From NCBI GenBank assembly GCA_003245525.1, contig QKCY01000525.1, forward strand, positions 1 through 16,836: DNA of 16,836 nt, written 5' to 3'. Position numbers and translations under genes: made by a program. The notes below the pieces were generated by a model, which saw nothing but the letters and a program-made list of their open reading frames with translations, did not search any database and was not told where the DNA came from. This DNA comes from Victivallales bacterium (GTDB taxonomy: Bacteria; Verrucomicrobiota; Lentisphaeria; Oligosphaerales; Lenti-02). How positions within the stretch are numbered: the stretch's first letter is position 1; every line of letters begins with the position of its first letter. Shown here one piece after another: positions 1-8,900 of the stretch.

Positions 1-2
1 CC

Positions 3-500
3 GTGCTCTTCCCCTTCTTCCCCCTACAGCGGAGTTTCCCTTTCTTCAACCACGCCACCTGGGGGATGTACACGACCCACCAGTCGATCTACTGGCGGAT
101 CCTGACCGGTTCCCTGTCCTCGCTGCTGGTCGGGGTCGGCCCCCAGGCGTTGTGCGGCATCTATCCGACGCTGGCGGACCCGGAGCACATCCGGGCCGTG
201 CTGGCCCAGTACGACCAGGCCTATCTGACCGAGAGCTTCTGCACCTACATGGATTCCCACAACGAATACCTGAACACCGGGGTCGCCTTCGGTCTTCCGG
301 CTCTGCTGGCCTGGATCGGCTTCTGGGTGGGACAGGCGGTGGCAGGGTTCCGCCGCCAGCGGGACGAGCTGGTGCTGTTCTTCGTGATTGGCCTGCTGTG
401 TTGCTGCCTGTGGGACGATCTGGCCAGCAAGCGCTGGATCTGGGTGACGGCTGCCCTCCTGGTGGGGAACGCGCGCCGCGAAGCGGAGCCGGTACCATGA
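3..500 (+). CDS. O-antigen ligase/polymerase family (Wzy_C-like) integral membrane protein, C-terminal fragment; the 5' end lies outside the window
   Basis: The frame is open from the window edge to TGA at 498-500. The translation is hydrophobic and multi-TM-like, with the motif HNEYLNTGVAFGLPALLAWIGFW, which resembles the H-[NS]-x-x-L...G-x-x-G signature of the O-antigen ligase/Wzy_C family. Its stop overlaps the next start (ATGA), so it is probably translationally coupled to the glycosyltransferase. Confidence 0.5.
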   Translation: MLFPFFPLQRSFPFFNHATWGMYTTHQSIYWRILTGSLSSLLVGVGPQALCGIYPTLADPEHIRAVLAQYDQAYLTESFCTYMDSHNEYLNTGVAFGLPALLAWIGFWVGQAVAGFRRQRDELVLFFVIGLLCCCLWDDLASKRWIWVTAALLVGNARREAEPVP

Positions 501-1234
501 GCTACGCGGTCATCACCATCTGCCGCAATGCGGCCGCGACCATCGCCCGGTCGATCCGTTCGGTCCAGGCTCAGACCGTGCCGCCCGCGCAATACATCAT
601 TGTGGACGGGGAGTCCACGGACGGGACTTTGGAAGTGGTCGCGGAACTGGCCGAGGGGATGCCCTCCGGCTGTGACTTCCAGGTGGTGCCGCAACCGCCG
701 CCACCGCCCGGCGTGGCCGGTATCCCGAATGCCTGGAATCTCGGGCTCGGACACATCCACGCCAACATAATCTTCCTGCTGAATGCGGATGACTGGCTGG
801 AACCGGACGCCGCCGAGACGGTGCTCGCGGCCTTTGCCGAAGCTCCCGAGGCCGGTCTGCTGACGTCTCCGATCCGGATTGTCGCGGACGACCGCCAATG
901 GCTCCTGCGGCCCCGTCCGCTCTGGCTCTTCCCCTTCCTGATGCCGGTCATGCATCCCGGCTGCTTCGTCCGTCGCTGGGTCTACGACCGGGTGGGCGAT
1001 TTCGACGAGCGCTACCGGATCTCGGCGGACTACGATTTCGCCTACCGCTGCTGCCGGGCCGGGATTCCCTTCCACTCTCTGTCCCGTCCTCTGGTAAACA
1101 TGCAATGGGGCGGGGCTGCCCGCCAGAACCTGCCCACGGCCCGGCGCGAAACGCTGGAGATCGCCCGGCGGCACTGCCGCGTGCCGGGACTCCCGTTCCT
1201 GGCCTACGCCCTGCGCCGGATGCTGGGAAGGTAG
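497..1234 (+). CDS. Family 2 glycosyltransferase (GT-A fold)
   Basis: ATG at 497 overlaps the upstream stop. The N-terminus reads MSYAVITICRNAAATIARSIRSVQAQTVPPAQYIIVDGESTDGT, which is the classic GT2 nucleotide-sugar binding start. A D-x-D-like motif follows (LLNADDWLEPD). The length is 245 aa and the stop is TAG at 1232-1234. Confidence 0.8.
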   Translation: MSYAVITICRNAAATIARSIRSVQAQTVPPAQYIIVDGESTDGTLEVVAELAEGMPSGCDFQVVPQPPPPPGVAGIPNAWNLGLGHIHANIIFLLNADDWLEPDAAETVLAAFAEAPEAGLLTSPIRIVADDRQWLLRPRPLWLFPFLMPVMHPGCFVRRWVYDRVGDFDERYRISADYDFAYRCCRAGIPFHSLSRPLVNMQWGGAARQNLPTARRETLEIARRHCRVPGLPFLAYALRRMLGR

Positions 1235-1240
1235 GGCGGA

Positions 1241-1406
1241 ACGATGGAATACTGGAATGCTGGAATCATGGGAATACGTCTAGCATCCATGTCCAGTATT
1301 CCACCATTCCATCATTCCAGTATTCCACCATTCCATCATTCCAGTATTCCACCATTCCATCATTCCAGTATTCCACCATTCCACCATTCCACCACTCCAT
1401 TCTCCC
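1241..1406. repeat. Low-GC intergenic repeat array. Four 8-bp NNNGGAAT units (1241-1280) are followed after a 12-bp spacer by about 4.5 copies of a 24-bp tandem unit, ccagtattccaccattccatcatt (1293-1388, degenerate to 1406). Each 24-bp unit is made of three NNNATTCC octamers, so the array is an inverted GGAAT/ATTCC architecture.
   Basis: Read directly from the sequence. Units 1293-1316, 1317-1340 and 1341-1364 are identical. Unit 1365-1388 has one substitution (ccaccatt for ccatcatt). The 1389-1406 stretch ccaccactccattctccc is a degenerate tail that runs straight into the asnB ATG at 1407. The upstream gatggaatactgg is the exact reverse complement of ccagtattccatc. This AT-rich segment sits in a genome that is otherwise about 65-70% GC. 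Confidence 0.9.
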
Positions 1407-3299
1407 ATGTGCGGCCTAGCTGGCATTTTTGACCTGCGCGAAGAGCGCACTCCGGACGAAGCCCTGCTCGCCGGGATGGGGCAGCGTTTGTTCCATCGCG
1501 GTCCCGACGAGGGGGGGACGGCGACCGGCCCCGGCTGGGGCCTGGCAAGTCGGCGGCTGGCGATCATCGGTATTTCCGACGGGCACATGCCGATGGCCAA
1601 CGAGGACGGTTCCCTGCGTCTCGTCTTCAACGGCGAGATCTACAATCATCACGCCTTGCGCGAACGGTTGCGCCAGCGGGGCCACGTCTTCCGGACCCAC
1701 GCGGACACCGAGGTGATTCTGCATCTGTACGAGGAACGGGGAGCCGCCGTGGTCGAGGAACTGGAAGGCATGTTCGCTCTTGCCCTCGTGGACGAGCGAC
1801 AGGGAACCGTGTTGCTGGCGCGGGACCGGCTCGGCCAGAAGCCCTTGCACTACGGGTTCACCAGCGATGGATTCCTGGTGTTCGGCAGCGAATTGCAGGC
1901 GCTTCTGACGGTTCCGACACTCCCGCGTGAATTGGAGACGCGGGCGCTGGCGGACTACTTCGGCTTGGGCTACGTGCCTGCGCCGCGTTCCATCTACCGG
2001 GCCGTGCGGCAACTGCCGCCGGGGCATCGGGTGCTGGTCCGGCGTGGTCAGGAAGTCGGTCCGGCGGAACGTTGGTGGTGCCTGGACTACAGCCCCAAGC
2101 TGAACTTGTCCTTCGCCGATGCCGTCGAACGGACGCGCGAATTGGTAGACCAGGCAGTGGCGGCCCGGCTGGAATCGGAAGTGCCCTTGGGTGCGTTCCT
2201 CTCGGGCGGCCTGGATTCCTCGGTGGTGGTGGCCTGTATGCAGCGGCATCTGGCCCAGCCGGTCCGCTCCTTCACCATCGGGTTTGCGGAGGCGCGCTAC
2301 GACGAGCGCGATGCGGCGACGACCGTGGCCCGGCACGTGGGCACCGATCACCACGAGCGGCTGGCCGAACCCGCTGATGCGGCCCTGTTGCGCCAGTTGG
2401 TGCGCCACTATGGCGAGCCCTACAGCGATTCCTCCCTGCTGCCCACGGCCCTGCTGTCCCGGTTCACCCGCGAACAGGTGACCGTGGCCCTGAGTGGCGA
2501 CGGTGGCGACGAGCTGTTCGGCGGGTACCGGCGCTACCAGTTCATGGCTTTGCACCGCTATCTGCGGTTGGTTCCCGGCCCGTTGCGTCGCGGATTGGCT
2601 CGCCTGCTCCTGGCAGCGCTGCCTGCGGAACGGGCAGGGCGGACCAAGCGGGGCGAACTGCGCCGGTCCCTGGCCGCCTTTGCCCAGGAGCCCTTGGCCT
2701 GTTTTGCCGGTTTCCAGGAGATCCTGAACCGGGATGTGACCAGCCGCCTGCTCGCGCCGGTCGCGGGTTCATGGACCGGACATTATCTGGAGGATTGGGA
2801 GCGCTTCCTGGCTGCTGGCACAGCCAGCGATCCGGTGGAGCGGTTCCTCGAACTGGATACGGCCTGCTATCTGCCCGACGATCTGCACCGCAAGGTGGAC
2901 ATCGCCTCCATGGCCTTCAGCATCGAGGTCCGGGCTCCGTTCATGGACCGGGCGCTCCAGGAGTTCGTGGCCACCTTGCCGCGCGAGTACAAGTGCGGCG
3001 TCCGCTACCGCAAACGGCTCCTGCAAGCGATCGGGCAACCCCTGTTGCCGGAAAGCATCTGTCAGCGGTCCAAACGGGGGTTTGGCGTGCCCGTGGCCGA
3101 GTGGTTGCGCGGTGGCCTGCGGGACGAGACCCGGGCCTTGGCGGGCGACCTTCGTTCCTGGGATCGGCGGGGCCTGCTCGACCCCGCGACGGTACAGACT
3201 CTGGTGGACGATCATCTGGCAGAACGGCAGAACCATGCCTTCGTGCTCTGGGCCTTGTTCTGTCTGAGGCTATGGTACGAGGAAGTCGATACGTTGTAG
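1407..3299 (+). CDS. asnB: Asparagine synthetase (glutamine-hydrolysing) family amidotransferase, AsnB/WbpS-like
   Basis: The protein is 630 aa and starts MCGLAGIF, with the catalytic Cys directly after Met as expected for a class II Ntn glutamine amidotransferase. The synthetase domain carries the PP-loop SGGLDSS. Family features recognised include VFNGEIYNH, the LEGMFA region and the C-terminal FxxPxxxW region. The gene lies in a glycan-biosynthesis context. Confidence 0.9.
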   Translation: MCGLAGIFDLREERTPDEALLAGMGQRLFHRGPDEGGTATGPGWGLASRRLAIIGISDGHMPMANEDGSLRLVFNGEIYNHHALRERLRQRGHVFRTHADTEVILHLYEERGAAVVEELEGMFALALVDERQGTVLLARDRLGQKPLHYGFTSDGFLVFGSELQALLTVPTLPRELETRALADYFGLGYVPAPRSIYRAVRQLPPGHRVLVRRGQEVGPAERWWCLDYSPKLNLSFADAVERTRELVDQAVAARLESEVPLGAFLSGGLDSSVVVACMQRHLAQPVRSFTIGFAEARYDERDAATTVARHVGTDHHERLAEPADAALLRQLVRHYGEPYSDSSLLPTALLSRFTREQVTVALSGDGGDELFGGYRRYQFMALHRYLRLVPGPLRRGLARLLLAALPAERAGRTKRGELRRSLAAFAQEPLACFAGFQEILNRDVTSRLLAPVAGSWTGHYLEDWERFLAAGTASDPVERFLELDTACYLPDDLHRKVDIASMAFSIEVRAPFMDRALQEFVATLPREYKCGVRYRKRLLQAIGQPLLPESICQRSKRGFGVPVAEWLRGGLRDETRALAGDLRSWDRRGLLDPATVQTLVDDHLAERQNHAFVLWALFCLRLWYEEVDTL

Positions 3300-3310
3300 A
3301 ATCTGGTACC

Positions 3311-5704
3311 ATGGACTCCCACGCACTTACGGTTCTTGAATTCCCGGCCTTTCTGGCCGAGTTGTCCTCCCAGGCGCAGACCGCGCTCGGGATGGCCCGC
3401 ATTCAGCGTTTCCACCCGGCCACCGGCATCGAGGAGATCGTGGCCCGGCGGAAACCTTACCTGGACACCATGCGGCTCTTCGCTGGCGGTGCCCATCCTC
3501 CCGGTCTCTGGTGCGAGGATATCGACGACGTCCTGCGCCGTCTGGCCCCGGCCGGATCGGCGGTGGACGGCGACGAGTTGGTGCGCTGCCGGGCGTTGCT
3601 CGACGCCTGCGCCGATGCCAAGAACTTTCTGCTCAGCGAAACCTGCCGCGATCTGCCGACCCTGATCGGCTGGGGCGATCTCCTTCAGGACGCGCCCGAA
3701 CTGCGCCAGGCCCTGCATCGGGCGCTGGACCACGACGGCACTGTCCTCGATTCCGCCAGTCCCCAGTTGGCCGAATTGCGTCGCCGCAGCCGTTCGCTGG
3801 AACGGCGCTTGCAGGAGACGCTGGACGAGATGACCCGGCAGACCGAGTACGAGAGCGTGATCCGCGACCGCTTCGTGACCGTGCGCAACGGGCGGTTCGT
3901 GATCCCGATCCGCCGCGAGCAGCGCGCCGCCCTGCCGGGCGTGGTCCACGATCACTCCAACAGCGGGCAAACCGTCTTTGTCGAGCCTACCGCCACGCTG
4001 CCCATGGGCAACGAATTGGCCGAGACCCGGCTCCAGGAACGGGATGAAATCCTGCGTATCCTCCACGAACTCTCCGGTCGGGTGCGGGCCATGATCCCGG
4101 GTCTGCGCACCAATCTGGAGGTGCTGACCGAACTGGACGTGGCCTTCGCCGTGGGTCGCTGGTCGGCGCGCGATGGCTGCCGGATGCCGCTCTTCGGGAA
4201 ACGGCTGAACATGCGGAGCGGTCGTCACCCCCTACTCGAGAAACAACTGCGCAGCGAGGGCAGGGGGGCGCAACTGGTGCCCCTCAGCCTGGAACTGCAA
4301 AAGGGGACACGGGTGCTGGTTATCACCGGCTCCAACACCGGCGGCAAGACCGTGGTGCTGAAGACCCTCGGCCTGCTGACCCTGATCGCCCAGTGCGGCC
4401 TGCCGGTGCCGGTGGGCGAGGGCACGGAACTGGAACTGTTCGACCAGGTACTGGCGGACATCGGCGACGAGCAGTCGTTGGCGGCCAGCCTGAGTACCTT
4501 CAGCGGGCATCTCAACCAGATCGGCCGGATTCTGGCCGCCGTCGGCCAGGGACGCAGCCTAGTCCTGCTGGACGAGTTGGGGTCGGGCACCGATCCCCTC
4601 GAAGGCGGGGCCCTGGCCTGCGCCGTGCTCAATGCCTTGTCCAGCCGCAGTGCCCTGACCTTGGCCACGACCCATCTGGGCGTGGTCAAGAACTATGCCC
4701 ACGAGCAACCCCACATGCTGAACGCGGCGGTGGCCTTCAACGTGGAGACCCTGCAGCCCGAGTACGTGCTGGAGGTGGGGCGTCCCGGGGCCAGCCATGC
4801 CTTGCAGATTGCCCGGCGTCTGGGTCTGCCCAAGCAAGTGGTGAACCAGGCCGAGCAGTTCCTGTCCTCCGATCATCTGCGCCTGGAAAGCATGCTGGCC
4901 AAGATCGAGGAGGATCAGCGCCGCATCGCCAGCCAGGAGAAGGAGGTGGCCGAGGCCCATCAGCGCATGGTGCGCGACCGCGATGACCTCAAGACGGAGC
5001 TCGATGGGCTGCGCAACGAGCGGCGGCGAATGCTCCACGATGCCTACCAGCAGGCGGCGGGTATCGTCGAGAACACCCGGCGGCAGATGGACGAGCAGCT
5101 TCGCGAGTTCCGTGGCCAATTGACCGATCAGAAGCAGAGCGAGCGGGCTGCCACGGCTGCCCGCGAGAAGCTGCGCTCCCGCAGCGAGAAACTCGCCGCC
5201 GGGGCCAAGGAAACCACGGAGAAACCCGGCAAGCCCGTGCGGGCGGACCGGCTCAAGGTGGGCGACCGGGTTCACGTGCCCCGTCTGCGCGGCAAGGGGC
5301 AGGTGGTGGACATTCTCGATGGCGGCAAGAAGGTCACGGTCGAAGTCGAAGGCTTGCGTTTCACTCTCGCGATCGCCGAGTTGGAGGCTGGCAGCGGCCA
5401 GCCCGAGGCGGAGGAAACCCAAGTGATGGTGAGCCGTCCCCGGGTGACCGGGAGGACGCCCACCGAGATCGTGCTGGTGGGGTCGCGGGTGGACGAGGCG
5501 CTGGACAAGCTGGACCTCTTCCTCAACCAGGCCATGCTGGCGAATATGGAAGAAGTCCGCGTTGTCCACGGCTTCGGTACGGGCCAGTTGCGGCGGGGCA
5601 TCCACGAATGGCTGCGCACCCAGCGTTCGGTGGCCCGTTTCCGCCTGGGCAAGCACGAAGAGGACCCCGGTGGCGCCGGGGTGACCATCGTCACGCTACG
5701 CTAG
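3311..5704 (+). CDS. mutS2: Endonuclease MutS2 (MutS domain plus C-terminal Smr domain)
   Basis: The start MDSHALTVLEFPAFLAEL aligns with the MutS2 N-terminus (B. subtilis MutS2 ...VLSALEFHKVKEQV...). Walker A is ITGSNTGGKTVVLKT and Walker B is LVLLDELGSGTDP. The C-terminal Smr domain reads IVLVGSRVDEALDKLDLFLNQAMLANMEEVRVVHGFGTGQLRRGIHEWL. I chose the ATG at 3311 rather than the upstream in-frame extension to 2771, which overlaps asnB. Stop is TAG at 5702-5704. Confidence 0.85.
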   Translation: MDSHALTVLEFPAFLAELSSQAQTALGMARIQRFHPATGIEEIVARRKPYLDTMRLFAGGAHPPGLWCEDIDDVLRRLAPAGSAVDGDELVRCRALLDACADAKNFLLSETCRDLPTLIGWGDLLQDAPELRQALHRALDHDGTVLDSASPQLAELRRRSRSLERRLQETLDEMTRQTEYESVIRDRFVTVRNGRFVIPIRREQRAALPGVVHDHSNSGQTVFVEPTATLPMGNELAETRLQERDEILRILHELSGRVRAMIPGLRTNLEVLTELDVAFAVGRWSARDGCRMPLFGKRLNMRSGRHPLLEKQLRSEGRGAQLVPLSLELQKGTRVLVITGSNTGGKTVVLKTLGLLTLIAQCGLPVPVGEGTELELFDQVLADIGDEQSLAASLSTFSGHLNQIGRILAAVGQGRSLVLLDELGSGTDPLEGGALACAVLNALSSRSALTLATTHLGVVKNYAHEQPHMLNAAVAFNVETLQPEYVLEVGRPGASHALQIARRLGLPKQVVNQAEQFLSSDHLRLESMLAKIEEDQRRIASQEKEVAEAHQRMVRDRDDLKTELDGLRNERRRMLHDAYQQAAGIVENTRRQMDEQLREFRGQLTDQKQSERAATAAREKLRSRSEKLAAGAKETTEKPGKPVRADRLKVGDRVHVPRLRGKGQVVDILDGGKKVTVEVEGLRFTLAIAELEAGSGQPEAEETQVMVSRPRVTGRTPTEIVLVGSRVDEALDKLDLFLNQAMLANMEEVRVVHGFGTGQLRRGIHEWLRTQRSVARFRLGKHEEDPGGAGVTIVTLR

Positions 5705-5766
5705 TCCCATTCCCGCAAGTACCGATATCGGGATATACCCAGTCTGCGGCCAAAGGCCGCTCTGGA

Positions 5767-5790
5767 GTGCGGTGCTCTGCACCGCTTTTC
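5767..5790 (+). terminator. Putative rho-independent terminator downstream of mutS2
   Basis: GCGGTGC-tct-GCACCGC forms a 7-bp GC-rich stem with a 3-nt loop and is followed by TTTT at 5786-5789. It lies about 60 nt after the mutS2 stop. A second small hairpin sits just upstream at 5746-5760 (gcggcc-aaa-ggccgc). Confidence 0.45.
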
Positions 5791-5965
5791 GTCCACGCTT
5801 GCCGTTGATGCACCGGATAGTCCTGTCTTTGGGCGGAAGCCGGGAAGGATCAAAGCAGCGCAGAGCGCCGCACCCCAAAGCGCCTCCGCAGGGGCGCAAG
5901 GCTCTTCTCCCAATGGGTACCGTTCCTTCAGGAACCTACGCATAGTGCTCGGGTTGCGAGCAGTC

Positions 5966-8900
5966 CTACTTGCCCGTGAGGTGCTGGCGGAGGTCGGCGA
6001 GGAGCTGACCCTGTTCGCGCATGGCTTCCATGATCGGCAGCAGGCTTTCGAGGATGAGCACCTGGCGGGACCAGGCGCGGCCGTACTCCGCCGGGAACGT
6101 GGTCTGCACTTCGAGCGCCCCGGTCGGCTGGCTGCTTTCCGGGGGACGGAGCGCCTGGAGGGCGGTCACGAGCGGAGCGAGGTCCAGGGGCTTGCCGAGT
6201 CGGTCGCGGACTTCGCCGAGGGCGGCGGCCAGGGGGTGAAGATCGACGCTGGCGCTCTGCTTTTCGGCCAGGGCGGAGAGCGCCGCCACCACGGGGGCGA
6301 AATCCGTGGCGGGAGGACGGTTCTCGCGGGCCGATTCGATGAGGGCGGCACCGAGCCGTTTCAGCCCCGTATCGAAGCCCTGTTCCAGGGAGTTGTGGAC
6401 GTGCCCCAGATTGGCGTTGAAGGCGGAGAGCTGGGCGAGGATCTTGCCCATGTCGTCGCTGTCGTCCACGCCGGAAAGGGCCTGGCGGCGGTTGAACTCG
6501 GTCTTGATCTCCTGCCAGCGGGTGCGCTCGTCGTCCGACTGCATCCCCATCATCTCCTTGAACTTGAGGATGTTGGCCTCGGCTCCGGTGGTCAGGGTCT
6601 GGGCCTCGTTGTAGTAGTGGTCGACCACGAGCTGGGTCACCTCGGCGTCGGTCATGACCGGGAAGACCTTCTCGGCCATGCGGCACATGTTGCGGTAGGA
6701 GCCCTGGAGCTTGAAGGGCGGTTCGGTACGGTATTCGTCCTGCTGGGCGGCGGACCGGATGTACTGCTGGTTGACCCGCAATACGACCTGCTGGATGCGG
6801 CGCAGCTTGCGCAGGACGTTCTGGATGTCGTCCGCCTCCGAGACGGACCAGGAGTAGGCGAAGTCGATGCCCTCGGTGGAGCCCGCCTCCACGGCCTGGA
6901 CGAAGCGATAGAGGTCCTCGTGGCTGTGGCTGGCGATCTCCGAGAGGGTCGCGTTCGAGGTCATGGCGTTCTCGATGAAGGAGAGGGCGAAGGCGCTGGC
7001 CGCCGTCTCCGAGATGTCGCCGAGGTTGTAGGTGTCGGCGCGGTTGGCGAGCATGTCGGGAATGCGGAACTTGGCACCGGACTCGGTGTAGGGGTTGCCC
7101 GCCATGACCACGGCGACCTTCTTGCCGCGCAGGTCGTAGGTGCGGGTGACGCCCCGGTACACGCCCTCGATCTTGCGCTGGGCGTCGCACAGGCTGATGA
7201 ACTTCTGGAGGAACTCCGGGTTGCAGTGTTGGATGTCGTCCAGGTAGACCATCACGTTGTTGGCCATTTCCAGGGCGAGATTGAGCTTGTGCAACTCCTC
7301 ACGGGCGGTGGCATTGGGTGCTTCGGCCGGGTCCAGGCTGGTGACGCCGTGGCCGATGGCGGGGCCGTTGATCTTCATGAAGGCCAGCCCGAGCCGGTTG
7401 GCGATGTACTCCATGAGCGTGGTCTTGCCGTAGCCGGGCGGCGAGATGAGGAGGAGCATGCCCATCAGGTCGGTGCGCTTGCTCTCGCCCGCCACGCCCA
7501 TCTGCTTGGCGAAGTTGGCCCCCACCAGGTTCAGATAGACGTCGTTGATGAGCTTGTTGCGCACGAAGGAGCCCATGACGCGGCTCTGGAACTCGCCCAG
7601 GCGCATCTCCCCGCGGCGCTGCTCGACGACATCGGCCCGCCGCCGGGCGTAGCGCCGGAAGCGCGGCACGCGGATTTGGGCGAAGTGGCTGAGCCGGGCC
7701 AGAAAGAGATCCAGGTGCAGGCTCAGCACCCGATTCTGAATCCGGGGATGCTGGCCCAGCAGGCCCTCGATGGTGGCCAGAGTGCTGACCCGCGAGGCGT
7801 CGCGGCTGATGATGTTCCCCGCCGCGACCAGAGCCACCACCTCCCAGACCAGATGGCCGGAGTCGGCGGGTTCCCGCACCTCGACGAAAGCGCCGACCCA
7901 GTCATGGATCAGGGCGATCCGGGCGGGCACGTCGGCAACGGTGGCAATCGCCTCGGCGAACCGCTTCTCCCGGCGGGCGTCGCGCAGGGCGGTGAGGAAG
8001 CGCTGGTGCAGCTCGATGGCCAGGGCGTTGACCGTGAACTCCAGGTTCTCCTCGTCCTGCAGCTCGTGGTAGAGGTACTCGGCGGCCTGGCCCAGCATGA
8101 CCGGACTGAGGTCCAACCCCATGTGCTCGTAGAAGTGCTCGACCAGAGTGCGGATCTCGGCGACGTACTCCTGGCGCACGGGCAATTCGCCGAACAGCCG
8201 GGGCAGTTGGCCGAAGGACTGCAGCCGCGTGCGCAGTTCGGCCTTGCGGGTGGCGTCGGGGTAGAAGCACCAGAAGATGATGGCGTAGGCCCGGCACTCG
8301 GAGTCGTAGCGCAGCAGCTTGCACTCCCCGTAGAGCCGGACAAGGTGGGGCAGGATCGTGCCTGCATCGGCGTCGTGGACGCCCTTCTCGTAGCCTTCGG
8401 TGTAGAGCCCGGCGGCGAACCGGCGGACTTCGGCCAACAGGGCCGCCCCATCCTCGACCAGTTCCGTCAGACGGGTCAGGGAGAGCTCGTTCCTGCCGAG
8501 GATAGCGGCCTGGAGCATCTGGTAGGCCAGGTACTCCGACCGGTAGACCTCGGGGGTCTCGCTCACCAGTTCCTGTTCCCACAGGTCGCGGCATTCCAGC
8601 AACTCGGGATCGTCCACCCGTTCCAGGAAATCGGTGCCGGTGAGGTGGAAGAACAGGTCGCCATCGCGATAGACCGTGGTCAGTTCCAGCGGCTGGGTGT
8701 TCACCGTGAAGTGGTAGTCGCCGAAGGAGATGACATTGTCGCCGCCCTTGAAGAGGTCGAGTTTGTCGCGCAGGCGGCGGATGATCTCGTCGCGGGCGCT
8801 CTTCAGGCGTCCGGTAAGGTCGTCGGCCTTCACCGACTCGCCCATGTCGTGGAGCTTGGCGATGTTCTCGCGCAGCTTGGCCACCATCATGTCCGAGGCG

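Noticed and set aside
491-500. The identical 9-mer GGTACCATG occurs at the GT2 start (491-499) and again at the mutS2 start (3305-3313).
   Set aside because: It is short enough to be coincidence (KpnI/NcoI-like sites). Neither copy provides a canonical SD, so I could not support a shared regulatory element from sequence alone.
1244-1432. A 62-aa + ORF translating the ATTCC array as (SIPPFHHS)n and overlapping the asnB start.
   Set aside because: It exists only because the tandem repeat keeps a frame open, and it has a weak RBS and no known family. It is mentioned under the repeat finding as a remote possibility (a coupling uORF or leader peptide), but it is not called as a gene.
2771-3310. 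An in-frame N-terminal extension of mutS2 back to an ATG at 2771, overlapping asnB.
   Set aside because: The extension is P/G/R-rich, overlaps the well-supported asnB frame, and the MutS2 alignment begins at MDSHALTVLEF (ATG at 3311).
5705-5965. A possible tRNA or small RNA in the convergent intergenic region.
   Set aside because: There is no T-loop GTTCRANYC-like box and no cloverleaf. The hairpins present are better explained as terminators. An Rfam scan is needed before calling anything.
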